Positions 17,724-27,181 of a DNA stretch of 31,034 nt are shown here, in pieces. Source of the stretch: a virus (lineage: Duplodnaviria; Caudoviricetes); IMG/VR virus record IMGVR_UViG_3300027980_000082, positions 1 to 31,034 of that record; one strand, given 5' to 3'. Within the stretch, counting starts at the first letter, position 1. Each line of letters opens with the position of its first letter. Both the position numbers and the translations under genes were made by a program. The notes beneath the pieces were generated by a model that was given only the letters and a program-made list of their open reading frames with translations, did not search any database and was not told the DNA's origin.

Positions 17724-20700
17724 ATGTTAGATCAAGAATTATTTGATGGTGAAGTAAGAACAACAATTGATGATGATGAAAATTTATCATTCAGACGTGC
17801 AAATCCTGCATCACCTGGAAGCCGTGTAATATCATGGGCAAATTTTAAAAATTTATTAAGAACTTTATTTGTTGATAAATCCACGGATCAAATCATAGAT
17901 GGTGAAAAAACATTCAACACATCACCAAAGGTGCCGGATCCAACTGAAGATTTGGGTTCAGTAAATTTAAGAACATTAAATGCTGCAGCCGCAAACACAG
18001 GACAGAAGGCGGACATATCAACCGGTGTTGTTTTTGGCGGCGAAATATCATTAAATGTAGATCCAACAAAAATAGATATTGAAGCCGGTGAAGCTTATGT
18101 TGTTAATTCATATACAAACCCACAAAACACGACATTTGTAAAATTAACATGGGCAAAACAGATTGGTATTTCAATAACTAATATTAATACTCAATTAATT
18201 ACTTACATATGTGTTAAAGATGATGGGACCGGGAACCCTGAATTTCTGCAATCACCATCAACACAAACAACCATTGAAAGCAGATCCGTTGTAGAATTGG
18301 GTTTAGCTGTTCATGATAATTTATCAACAGTTTCAAAAGTCACATCCTTTGCAAATAGGACAAAGGATATTGATTTAAAAATATTAGATTTTAGCGTTGC
18401 TTTTGGCCGTATTAATGTGCAGGGTGGAAATGAATACACTTTCAATGGTGCAAATTTACAGATCAATAAATCTGCAGGTCGCATGTTTGGTCCTGGCGCT
18501 AATTATGGCAACAGCAAAGAGGATCCAAACTACATCAACTCACCAGCAGAAACAGGTTTAATATTCAAAACAGTTTATAATAATTCAGGAACACAGGTTG
18601 GAGAATCAAACACTGTTGATACTAGTAATTATAATCCACTTGGAGAAGGTGGTTTGGTTCCAATACCTAGTAAATTATGGACAACTATAGGCATATTTTT
18701 TAGTCCTGAAACAGGTTTAACTATTCTTCATTATGGACAATATTTATATGATTCAGGTAAAAATGCAATTGATTCATGGAGGCGTGAAAAATATAAAATT
18801 GTGCCAGAATTATCAGGTGTTGCATTACGTGGTGTTATAGCAGTCAAAAGTGGTGCAACTGATTTATCAGATCCTGAACAGGCAAAGTTTATTGATCCGG
18901 GCTCATTAGGATTGTTAACAAATGAAAATATAAACACTTATTCACGATATGCAGAGCCGGTTGAATTATTAAATGGTTTATCAAGTTTTTCAGTAGATAT
19001 TGATTTAATTGAATCAGGTGGTGTAATATATGCTGAAATAGAACGTGACGGTGGCGGTGATGTTGATTACGTATTCAATCAACGTGAATATCCATTAAAT
19101 TGTACAACAGGACCAGGTACAGGAGGAAAAGCACGAATTGCACTAACAGCAGGACCAAGTGCAACAGTATCACAAACCAATTGGATTTATGCAATAAGAA
19201 GTGGTGATGTTGCAATATTGCAAGTTTCATCATCAAGACCAACAGGAGAATTTGCATACATACACTTATGCGAATTGCCAAATGTTGCCACGTTTTTAAC
19301 TGATGATGCAGATTTAGAACAAAGATATAATGATGCCAAAAGTTTTGATGGTAGGTCAGCCGTTCAAAGATCTAGTGAATGGATCAGAACCAGAAGACCA
19401 GAATATGAAAATGGAATGGTGCAAACTGTTTCAATCAACACAACACCATCACCTGATTCTATTGATTATACACAATCTGTTGGATCTGCATGGCAAAAAC
19501 ATCTGCAAGCAAACGTTCCTGAATTACAGGTAAGTGTTGATGGAATAAAAATTGCGAACCACCCAACAACACCAGGTTTAAAGGTTACTGATTTAAACTC
19601 TGTTGAATTATTGCAAGATAGTGCAGGAAATTCACTTAGTGGTGCGTCATTCAATTGGGTTATATGGGTTAGTGTTGGGTATAAAGGCAATTCAAAGCTT
19701 TGGATTAATTTACCAGAATCAGCAGATTCATCTGATGCTGCAGCAGTATCAAAACAAAATAATGGTGATAGATCAATTCCGAAAAAATATAAAAGTGTAG
19801 GGGTATTGGTTGCATCTTTGCCATTTAAACATTCACCATCAGGTGGTGGAACTTACACAAACTTAGCTGCAACGTTATTATCAAAACAGGTAATTGATAT
19901 AAGGGGAGAAATGCCCGGTTCAAATACTGGTGGAACATCAGGAACATCAATTGTTAATGAATTTTTAGATTCATTATTCAGAATAATATCAAATACAACA
20001 GGGTTTAAACTTAGGGCCATATTAAATGCTTTTACTGCAGACAGAAATATTGAATTTCAAGATAAAGATGGCACGGTTGCAATGTTGGATGATATTGGAG
20101 CATCAACGCCTGAGTGGCCTTTAAACGCTGTAACACCTTTGGATAGCTCAAACTACGCGCCTGACTTAGCAAAAAGCGACGTAGACGACAAAGCAGTGGT
20201 GAACGGCACCACTGAATTAAATTTCATTACACCTATCAACGTTTCAACTACAAAAGGCCGAAAGAAATACATTGTTATTGATAATAGCGCAAATAGTTCT
20301 GATATTGATGCTATTAACTTTACAGGGTATAAATTTATTGATGGGTACATACCTCAAAAAATAGCAGCAAATAGTAATGATAGCCTTATAATTGAGATAT
20401 TTAATAACTTAGGCGTCGTCAATGCAAAAGTTATTTCGAATAAATTGGCATCTGTAGAGAAGCCATTTTCAGAAACAATTTCTATTGCAGAATTATTAAG
20501 TCATTCACTAAATTACACGCAAACTACCATATTAAATATAATTAAAGGAACAGGTGTATTTATTGGCGGAACTTATCAGGTAGTAATAACAACAGACGGT
20601 AAAGCTATTAATTTCAGCAACGACTTTATTATATTTAATAATGACTATTCATCGCTAGATATAGGCGAGTATTTATTTGTGTTCGCTTACTTGCCTGATG

Positions 20701-21521
20701 GAAGGATAGGTGCTAGTATATCTGCAACATCTTCTGATGAAATACCGCCAACAATCACAGGCTTTAATGACACAGGATTGAATCTAAGTATATTAGTTAA
20801 TTTTAATGAAGGTATATATGGCGCTGACGATGGGTTAACCCCCATTGATGCAGCGGATTTAATTGTTACTAATTTCGTAGCAAGCGGAGCCACAGCTGTA
20901 TCTATTGCAAGTGTTGAAAAGTCAGCAGGGGGGGCATTGACAGGTGGTGAAACTTCAGTAAAATGCAATCTATCAATTACAGGTACGGCAGATGGTACGG
21001 AAACCTTCCAGATACAGCCAGCAGATGGAGTGAGCGTATACGACAAAGCAGGTAATGCAATGTTAGCAACCGAAACAACTGGAACTATTACACTTAACGT
21101 TGGCTTAACAACACTAATAGATAAAACATTTGAAGATCTAACGGGGTGGACGGCTTCAGCAGTTAATCCAGAAGATAGCGCAGAGATTGCCGACGATTCA
21201 GGCACAAATAAGTTATTTTTAGACTATCAAAGTCTTGATCTAAACGGCCCAGTTGCATTTAAAACTGGAATTTTTACCGTTAACGATACAATTAAAATCA
21301 CCGTTGAGGGGGTTAATCTAGTACAGGGTAATTTAGTTGTATTTGTTGGCGCATCAAGTGGCGCTGATTTCAGTTCTAATATTACTACAAATGGCACAAC
21401 AGTAATTGATAATATCGACACAACAGGTTTCGGAGGTGATTATATAATTCTAGGAACTAGAAAGAATCAGGCTAATATTGACACAGGTTACATTCGTAGA
21501 ATAATAGTAGAAAAGTATTAA
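17724..21521 (+). CDS. Large mosaic tail fibre/receptor-binding protein
   Basis: 1265 aa, T/S/G-rich; DQIIDGEKTF..SPKVPDPT and TADRNIEFQDKDGTVAMLDDI fibre motifs; Ig-like (DEIPPTI) and possible carbohydrate-binding C-terminal domains. Confidence 0.75.
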   Translation: MLDQELFDGEVRTTIDDDENLSFRRANPASPGSRVISWANFKNLLRTLFVDKSTDQIIDGEKTFNTSPKVPDPTEDLGSVNLRTLNAAAANTGQKADISTGVVFGGEISLNVDPTKIDIEAGEAYVVNSYTNPQNTTFVKLTWAKQIGISITNINTQLITYICVKDDGTGNPEFLQSPSTQTTIESRSVVELGLAVHDNLSTVSKVTSFANRTKDIDLKILDFSVAFGRINVQGGNEYTFNGANLQINKSAGRMFGPGANYGNSKEDPNYINSPAETGLIFKTVYNNSGTQVGESNTVDTSNYNPLGEGGLVPIPSKLWTTIGIFFSPETGLTILHYGQYLYDSGKNAIDSWRREKYKIVPELSGVALRGVIAVKSGATDLSDPEQAKFIDPGSLGLLTNENINTYSRYAEPVELLNGLSSFSVDIDLIESGGVIYAEIERDGGGDVDYVFNQREYPLNCTTGPGTGGKARIALTAGPSATVSQTNWIYAIRSGDVAILQVSSSRPTGEFAYIHLCELPNVATFLTDDADLEQRYNDAKSFDGRSAVQRSSEWIRTRRPEYENGMVQTVSINTTPSPDSIDYTQSVGSAWQKHLQANVPELQVSVDGIKIANHPTTPGLKVTDLNSVELLQDSAGNSLSGASFNWVIWVSVGYKGNSKLWINLPESADSSDAAAVSKQNNGDRSIPKKYKSVGVLVASLPFKHSPSGGGTYTNLAATLLSKQVIDIRGEMPGSNTGGTSGTSIVNEFLDSLFRIISNTTGFKLRAILNAFTADRNIEFQDKDGTVAMLDDIGASTPEWPLNAVTPLDSSNYAPDLAKSDVDDKAVVNGTTELNFITPINVSTTKGRKKYIVIDNSANSSDIDAINFTGYKFIDGYIPQKIAANSNDSLIIEIFNNLGVVNAKVISNKLASVEKPFSETISIAELLSHSLNYTQTTILNIIKGTGVFIGGTYQVVITTDGKAINFSNDFIIFNNDYSSLDIGEYLFVFAYLPDGRIGASISATSSDEIPPTITGFNDTGLNLSILVNFNEGIYGADDGLTPIDAADLIVTNFVASGATAVSIASVEKSAGGALTGGETSVKCNLSITGTADGTETFQIQPADGVSVYDKAGNAMLATETTGTITLNVGLTTLIDKTFEDLTGWTASAVNPEDSAEIADDSGTNKLFLDYQSLDLNGPVAFKTGIFTVNDTIKITVEGVNLVQGNLVVFVGASSGADFSSNITTNGTTVIDNIDTTGFGGDYIILGTRKNQANIDTGYIRRIIVEKY

Positions 21522-21523
21522 TT

Positions 21524-22516
21524 ATGATGTTATTTTTTCAACAACTAATATCAGGGGGTGGTAGTCAACCAGTGCCACCACTGATCGAATCAGTTTTTGA
21601 CACTGATTTTATAAATAGCATTGTTTATTCGCAAGAAGCTGACTACCAAATAAGGTCAGCGGCTAGTGAGTGGCGTTTTCAATACTCAGGCACATACTTA
21701 GGATTGAAAGTTAAGCCAACCGCATACAATACTTTTCCGCAATGGTCACAAATCGCAATTATAATAGATGGTGTATATTGGAGCTTCGAAAGCTTCAGTG
21801 ATGAGACGCTGCATGAAATTACACTACCATCAGGAAATAAAACTATCGAATTAATTGAGGGCTTAACGAGTAAACCTACTACTATAATAGGGACATTTTT
21901 AACTGATGTAATACTTGATTCAACTAAGTTTACAAAAATTAATGAAACGACAGTAAGTGAAAAACTTTTATTTTTAGGGAATTCAATTACTGTTGGAGCA
22001 AATGCAACCATCCCAAGTACACAAGGATATGCACAGCTATTTAAGTACGAAAACAGTAAGCAAATAGGGATATTAGGTTATGGATATGGTAAAGTGAAAG
22101 ATTTTGGCGAAACACAACAAAAGAGGGACGATGTTGTTGCCGATATTGTTGAAATGTTTTCAAATGTCACAACAACTAAAAAGTTAATCATATCTTTAGG
22201 TACTAACGACGGCGCTTTGGATGGTACAACAGGAACAACATTAAGACCTTGGTATGATGCTTTACTTGATGATATTAACGCGGCTGATAGTTCTATACAA
22301 ATATATTGTATAACTCCAATTATACGTAGTTCAGATGGGGCTTTATATGATGGCATTAGAAGTGAGATAACAGCCTCCGCAAATGCAAGAGCTTATTCAA
22401 CTCCAATAGATGGCAAATCTATTTTAACAACAGGAGACTTAGCCGATGGTGTTCATCCGACTGTAGCCGGGCATAAAAAGTATAAGGACGCTGTTGAATT
22501 GGTCATATTGCCTTAG
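21524..22516 (+). CDS. SGNH/GDSL hydrolase, probably virion-associated esterase
   Basis: Block I FLGNSITVG, block II GYG, block III SLGTND, block V DGVHPTVAGH. Confidence 0.85.
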   Translation: MMLFFQQLISGGGSQPVPPLIESVFDTDFINSIVYSQEADYQIRSAASEWRFQYSGTYLGLKVKPTAYNTFPQWSQIAIIIDGVYWSFESFSDETLHEITLPSGNKTIELIEGLTSKPTTIIGTFLTDVILDSTKFTKINETTVSEKLLFLGNSITVGANATIPSTQGYAQLFKYENSKQIGILGYGYGKVKDFGETQQKRDDVVADIVEMFSNVTTTKKLIISLGTNDGALDGTTGTTLRPWYDALLDDINAADSSIQIYCITPIIRSSDGALYDGIRSEITASANARAYSTPIDGKSILTTGDLADGVHPTVAGHKKYKDAVELVILP

Positions 22517-22517
22517 C

Positions 22518-22598
22518 CTAGATGTTGATTTGATGGTAGTTTATGGTTCTGTTGATTCAACATTGGTAGATGTTAAGCCAACAATTACAAATATTTAA
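22518..22598 (+). pseudogene. Orphan C-terminal gene fragment
   Basis: Open frame LDVDLMVVYGSVDSTLVDVKPTITNI* with core-like codons and no evident own start region, directly after the SGNH stop. Confidence 0.4.
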
Positions 22599-22629
22599 TA
22601 CATTTACATATTTAAATCATATAAATAAA

Positions 22630-22728
22630 ATGAAAGTAATACCAGGAGTAAAACCAATGAGATGTACATGTGGTGATGATGAGGAAGAAAAAGACACGGA
22701 ACCAGTTAAACCACCGCCAGGTAAATAA
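22630..22728 (+). CDS. 32-aa acidic, proline-rich peptide (not in ORF track)
   Basis: MKVIPGVKPMRCTCGDDEEEKDTEPVKPPPGK*; A-rich start region ATAAATAAA; TAATG coupling to the next gene. Confidence 0.65.
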   Translation: MKVIPGVKPMRCTCGDDEEEKDTEPVKPPPGK

Positions 22729-23213
22729 TGAAATTTATTCTTAAAAATATAATAGCTCTGTTGTTGATTCTGATATCATGTTTTTCAGAATTTACGGTGG
22801 AGCTATTTGCAAATTTTCCACATAGCATGATTGATGGATATAAATACACATATGGTGAATTCATTTATTATTTTATCATTCAACTTGCTTGGCTCATCGC
22901 AGTGATTCATATATATAAAATAACTAAAAACAGAGAATCAAAAATATTGTTTTTAGGTTTATCGATATGGCACACAATGGAATTGATACAGGAATTCAAT
23001 TCACTATTTAAATTAAATATAGAGTTTCTAAATAAGTCTGATTCAACAGCTAGTGATGTTATGCAAATTATATTCATTACTTTAGTGACATTAGTAATTT
23101 ACCTTGCACACACGAAATGTACATTATTATTCCGTTTATTGGCGCACTCATTGTTGCTTTATTTGCAGGGATTACAACGTATAAAAGTGAAGTTGAAAAA
23201 GAAGTTAAATTAA
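22728..23213 (+). CDS. Multi-pass membrane protein (about 4 TM)
   Basis: Four hydrophobic segments; last 97 nt overlap the next gene. Confidence 0.7.
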   Translation: MKFILKNIIALLLILISCFSEFTVELFANFPHSMIDGYKYTYGEFIYYFIIQLAWLIAVIHIYKITKNRESKILFLGLSIWHTMELIQEFNSLFKLNIEFLNKSDSTASDVMQIIFITLVTLVIYLAHTKCTLLFRLLAHSLLLYLQGLQRIKVKLKKKLN

Positions 23214-23608
23214 TTGAAATACGAAGAAAAATAAAATCGGGTGAAATGGATGATAAACTAATTGAATTCATACAGGATACAGAAAGGCGGTTTGGTGATC
23301 TTGAATTGAATAATGAAAAAAGGTTTAATAAGTTTGAAAAAAGCGTTTCTAATATTATTAACGGATTTAAAGAAGAAATTGTAAAAACCGTTAAAGAAGA
23401 AGTTGTGACAATAATTGATGATAAATTAAGAACTCGAGAATCAAAGAAAATAAAAGGTTTGAAAGCCTTTGCAATTGGTATTGCTGCATTTTTAATAACT
23501 GTTGGATCAAATATTGGGGTTGGAATTGTTGTTTATAAATATCAAAAAAACTACGACATAAAGGTTGAACAAAGTCAATCAAATACAAACCGCACTTATA
23601 AAGACTAA
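23117..23608 (+). CDS. Membrane protein with TM-coiled coil-TM architecture (holin/XhlA-like)
   Basis: Hydrophobic N- and C-terminal helices around a charged coiled coil; directly upstream of endolysin. Confidence 0.5.
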   Translation: MYIIIPFIGALIVALFAGITTYKSEVEKEVKLIEIRRKIKSGEMDDKLIEFIQDTERRFGDLELNNEKRFNKFEKSVSNIINGFKEEIVKTVKEEVVTIIDDKLRTRESKKIKGLKAFAIGIAAFLITVGSNIGVGIVVYKYQKNYDIKVEQSQSNTNRTYKD

Positions 23609-23619
23609 AATCATAAAAC

Positions 23620-24147
23620 ATGGCAGACATTAAAACAGCATTAAAAATCACATTCCTGCATGAGGGTGGATACGTGTTTGATCCAGATGATCCAGGTGGT
23701 GAAACATTCAAAGGAGTTGCAAGAAAATCCAATCCAAATTGGATCGGTTGGAATTATCTTGATGAGATGAAAAGTAATAGTGATTTTCCAGAATGTTTAA
23801 ATGATAATAGAAGATTGCATGATGCTATTGTTGATTTATACAAATCAAATTATTGGGATCGTGTAAAAGGTGATTCAATAGAAAACCAATTGATTGCAAA
23901 CAAAGTTTTTGATATTGCAATTAACATGGGACCAGGCACGGCTGCAAAACTATTGCAATTAACATTAGATGTAACTATTGATGGCAGGATAGGAAATCAA
24001 ACATTAAATGCATTAAATGCGGCTAATTTTGAGTTATTTATGTCTGAATTTCGTTTAGTTATCATTTCGCGTTACATGGCTATATGTAAAAATCGTTATA
24101 AGTCGCGAAAATTTTTGTATGGTTGGATTAAAAGAGCATTATCATGA
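23620..24147 (+). CDS. Endolysin, glycoside hydrolase family 108 with peptidoglycan-binding domain
   Basis: HEGGYVFDPDDPGGETFKGV, FDIAINMG, DGRIGNQTL and KFLYGWIKR motifs. Confidence 0.93.
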   Translation: MADIKTALKITFLHEGGYVFDPDDPGGETFKGVARKSNPNWIGWNYLDEMKSNSDFPECLNDNRRLHDAIVDLYKSNYWDRVKGDSIENQLIANKVFDIAINMGPGTAAKLLQLTLDVTIDGRIGNQTLNALNAANFELFMSEFRLVIISRYMAICKNRYKSRKFLYGWIKRALS

Positions 24148-24551
24148 GCATATTTACAAAAATATTTTCTGGAGAAGGAACCAGCATCATTAATTCTGTT
24201 GGTGGTATATTGGATAATCTTGTTACAACAAAAGCAGAAAAGCAAGAATTATCCAATGAAGAAGCGAAAGCGGAACGCAATTTCATTCTAGAACAAAAGA
24301 AACTAGGCATCAAAGAGCATGAAATGTATTTGCACGATGCTCAAAATGCACGAGATAATGAAACAAAGCGTGATACATCAGAGCATTCAAGTTGGTTGAG
24401 TAAGAATATACATGAAATAATTGCATTAGCTGTATTTGGGGCTTGGATAACATCATTATTTGTGAAAACGGAAGTTTCTTCTGATGATATTATGCCAATA
24501 ATGTTAATGGTTGGCGGTTATCTATTTGGAAGAACAAAACCACAATCTTAA
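24144..24551 (+). CDS. Putative holin (GTA-type 3TM holin-like)
   Basis: IINSVGGILDNLVTTKAEK, DAQNAR, SWLSKNI, two C-terminal TMs ending GYLFG. Confidence 0.65.
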   Translation: MSIFTKIFSGEGTSIINSVGGILDNLVTTKAEKQELSNEEAKAERNFILEQKKLGIKEHEMYLHDAQNARDNETKRDTSEHSSWLSKNIHEIIALAVFGAWITSLFVKTEVSSDDIMPIMLMVGGYLFGRTKPQS

Positions 24552-24617
24552 CTTTTTATTTATCTATAACAGAAAAAGAAATTAAAGATCTGTTTTTTTA
24601 TGGGTTAGTGGATGATT

Positions 24618-24650
24618 AGCCGCGTGTGATTTATTGCACGTGGCTTTTTT
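24618..24650 (+). terminator. Terminator ending the late/lysis operon
   Basis: AGCCGCGTGTGAT-TT-ATTGCACGTGGCT hairpin followed by T-run. Confidence 0.85.
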
Positions 24651-24685
24651 ATGCAATTCATGTTGCACAACATATAATCAAAATA

Positions 24686-24714
24686 TTGCAAATTCAGTTG
24701 CATTGTTATATTTG
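24686..24714 (+). promoter_or_regulatory. Bacteroidota-type promoter
   Basis: TTG 24686-24688, 18-nt spacer, TATATTTG 24707-24714; palindrome ATGTTG-CA-CAACAT at 24660-24673 just upstream. Confidence 0.65.
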
Positions 24715-24741
24715 CAAAAAGCTAATAATTAAAACATAAAC

Positions 24742-25620
24742 ATGACAGAACAAAAACAACCAACTGCAGAAGAAGTTGCAGCTGCAATTGAAGTAAAATT
24801 TGCAAAAGAAATCGAAATGATCATGAATGGTGAAAAAGCACTTTCATTTAGTTCATTATCACAATTCATGGAAAGTCCGAAGCATTTCAAAATTTACAAA
24901 ACCGCAAAACAAGAAGCAACAAAAGCCATGGAAGAAGGGAAGATGTTTCACATGGCATGTTTGGAACCAGAAGAATTTAAGAAAAAATATTATATTCTTG
25001 ATGATTCTGAAATTATTGAAGAATTAAAGAAAAAAGGAGCTAAAAACCCACGTGCAAAAAATGAGTACAAAGAATGGTTGCATCAAACTGAAGAGAAAAA
25101 TTCAGGGCGCGAACATATTGATGCAGATTTATATGAAACATTCATTGCAATGGGAAAAGCATTGAATGCAAATCATGCATCAGGTCCATTGATGGCTGCA
25201 TTAACTGAAAAGGAACAAGGATTCAAGTTCATGCATCATGATCAGCTGTTGGTTTCAGGAAAGATTGATGGATATGGAGTTATAAAAGAAAATAATACAA
25301 TATATGAAGCCGGTGAATTTACTGCAGATCTTAAAAAAGTTGCAGATGCACGTTTTGCAAAGCTTAAATGGAAGATTAAAGATTTAAGATATGATGTTCA
25401 GGGCGTTATATACAACAAAGCAAAAAGCATAAAACGACATTATCTTATTTGCATTGATATGAATTGCAACATTACTGTTATTCTAATATCAAATGATGCA
25501 TGGGGCCGTGCAGATGAGTGTTTTCAAGATGCAATGGAAAGATTCATTGATTGTGCAGAAACAGATCAGTGGGATGCATCATATGAATTTTGGTCACAAC
25601 AAGCTTATCAAATACTATAA
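24742..25620 (+). CDS. PD-(D/E)XK exonuclease, RecE/DUF3799-like
   Basis: LSFSSLSQF..SP, GKMFHMACLEP, SGKIDG, ADLKK and YDVQGVIY motifs. Confidence 0.85.
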   Translation: MTEQKQPTAEEVAAAIEVKFAKEIEMIMNGEKALSFSSLSQFMESPKHFKIYKTAKQEATKAMEEGKMFHMACLEPEEFKKKYYILDDSEIIEELKKKGAKNPRAKNEYKEWLHQTEEKNSGREHIDADLYETFIAMGKALNANHASGPLMAALTEKEQGFKFMHHDQLLVSGKIDGYGVIKENNTIYEAGEFTADLKKVADARFAKLKWKIKDLRYDVQGVIYNKAKSIKRHYLICIDMNCNITVILISNDAWGRADECFQDAMERFIDCAETDQWDASYEFWSQQAYQIL

Positions 25621-25622
25621 CC

Positions 25623-26390
25623 ATGGATAAATACGCGAATAAAATAATAATGGCCATTGTTTTATTATTGGCTTTTGATCTTTGGGGAGTACATGCAAAA
25701 TTGCTTTATCAATTGAATCCTGATAAGGTTGGAAATATTGCATCAACATTTTCATATGTTGCAATGAATGAAAACACTATTACAGCAATGTTGTTTGCGC
25801 TTGTATTTGCTTTTGTTCCTGTTCTGGTACTTACTACCATTTCACCAAAGTTAGAGCAGTATTGGTTGTTTGTATTGCTTTTTGCATTATTCGATGGTGG
25901 TGCATGGTTTATTTATTACAATAAAACTGCAATTGCACATTTTGAAACATATGGTGCAGGGTATTATGGATTGTTTGTTGTATTCATCGTTGCAAGTGTT
26001 GGATTTATCCGGATGCGACTGGAAGAACTTGAAGAAAAACAACCGGATAAACAAATGCAATTCCGAACACAGGAACAACAACAGAAATTAAGAAATGATG
26101 CACAATCTAATCTACCAAATAATCATCATGTTGATACCTCTTTTGTAAATGAAGAATTCATTAGTGATACCTTCAGGAAGATGGAAGAAAAAAAAGTTTT
26201 TCACGTGAGTAAGCCGGCGATAATAAACAATAGTAATGATGATAAAATAATTACAGATGAAGATAAGATTGTGATGTTGTTAAATGATAATTGGGCACAA
26301 AAAGATATTGCCGATTCATTAAAATGGCACCCATCTAAAGTAAGTAGAACCATAAAAAAACTAAAAGAGAATGGAAGAATTGAAACCTGA
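25623..26390 (+). CDS. 4-TM membrane protein with C-terminal helix-turn-helix
   Basis: Four hydrophobic helices, Q-rich linker, WAQKDIADSLKWHPSKVSRTIKKLKENG HTH; ATG at 25623. Confidence 0.7.
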   Translation: MDKYANKIIMAIVLLLAFDLWGVHAKLLYQLNPDKVGNIASTFSYVAMNENTITAMLFALVFAFVPVLVLTTISPKLEQYWLFVLLFALFDGGAWFIYYNKTAIAHFETYGAGYYGLFVVFIVASVGFIRMRLEELEEKQPDKQMQFRTQEQQQKLRNDAQSNLPNNHHVDTSFVNEEFISDTFRKMEEKKVFHVSKPAIINNSNDDKIITDEDKIVMLLNDNWAQKDIADSLKWHPSKVSRTIKKLKENGRIET

Positions 26391-26571
26391 AAATTATGTT
26401 GCTAAAACTGAAATCAATGAATTATCCTGTTATGGATGCGCCTTTGATTCAGAAAATCACTTTTATAGCTGCACACTTACCAAAGAAGAAAAAACAAAAA
26501 TGATTGTAAAACATGGTGATTGTATTCCTAATCGCTATATTTACACTCTCATAAACGCTAAAAGCGTATAG
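26371..26571 (+). CDS. Small cysteine-rich hypothetical protein
   Basis: CYGCAF...C...C pattern; overlaps the previous gene end. Confidence 0.55.
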   Translation: MEELKPENYVAKTEINELSCYGCAFDSENHFYSCTLTKEEKTKMIVKHGDCIPNRYIYTLINAKSV

Positions 26572-26606
26572 TTTCTTTCATGAAACGTGTTTTAGATTAT
26601 TACACT

Positions 26607-26643
26607 AAAAAGGTGCATTCAAATGTGGATGCACCTTTTTTTT
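26607..26643. terminator. Bidirectional intrinsic terminator
   Basis: AAAAAGGTGCATTC-AAATGT-GGATGCACCTTTTT. Confidence 0.85.
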
Positions 26644-26669
26644 ATATCAATTTTTAAAAAAATAATACC

Positions 26670-26706
26670 AAAACACTTGCACTGTTTTAAAATGTCATTA
26701 CATTTG
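26670..26706 (+). promoter_or_regulatory. Bacteroidota-type early promoter
   Basis: AAAACACTTGCA (also at 30001); TTG, 19-nt spacer, TACATTTG 26699-26706. Confidence 0.7.
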
Positions 26707-26735
26707 CTGATGTAATAATTATTAAAACGAAAATC

Positions 26736-27005
26736 ATGAAAGTTGTATTCATTGAAAACAGGCATTGGAAAGCTTTAAACCGCTTATTGCAGTTATCAGA
26801 ATCATTAGTTGAAATTTCAATTAAAACATACATCATTAATGAAGACTTCATTACTGGTGATGTAGCTGAATTATGCGATTATTTATCAGAAACACAATTG
26901 GGTGAATTGGCATTAAGGTTTGAGATTGAAACCGGTATTGGTTCAGGATCAATTGTTGATAAATTACAAAGCATCAGTTTTAAGTTTGTTGAATCTAATG
27001 AATAA
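26736..27005 (+). CDS. Hypothetical protein
   Basis: 89-aa ORF with A-rich start region after promoter. Confidence 0.65.
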   Translation: MKVVFIENRHWKALNRLLQLSESLVEISIKTYIINEDFITGDVAELCDYLSETQLGELALRFEIETGIGSGSIVDKLQSISFKFVESNE

Positions 27006-27008
27006 GCT

Positions 27009-27176
27009 ATGCAGATCATTCAAATCAGAATTGGTGATGTACTTTGCCAGTTTAAAAGCTTAACAAACATTGGTGCTGATTTTATACAGCATAGGATGAT
27101 CCGAGAAAAAGCAACAGATGCAATGATCAAATCAATGATTAAAGCAAAGCATGTTGCATTGTATTTATCTAATTAA
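27009..27176 (+). CDS. 55-aa hypothetical protein (not in ORF track)
   Basis: MQIIQIRIGDVLCQFKSL...VALYLSN*, starting 3 nt after the previous stop. Confidence 0.55.
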   Translation: MQIIQIRIGDVLCQFKSLTNIGADFIQHRMIREKATDAMIKSMIKAKHVALYLSN

Positions 27177-27181
27177 AAACA

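Noticed and set aside
20687-21205. 172-aa minus-strand ORF
   Set aside because: Antisense shadow of the fibre gene
17724-22516. Diversity-generating retroelement or invertible fibre segment
   Set aside because: No reverse transcriptase or invertase in the window, and I saw no TR/VR pair or inverted duplicate fibre tip
22630-23213. Bona fide AgrD/AgrB or arbitrium system
   Set aside because: No amphipathic leader or signal peptide, no AgrB catalytic His/Cys motif, no TPR receptor; kept only as an uncharacterised peptide-membrane pair
22728-24551. Spanin genes
   Set aside because: No lipobox-bearing o-spanin or nested Rz/Rz1 pair recognised
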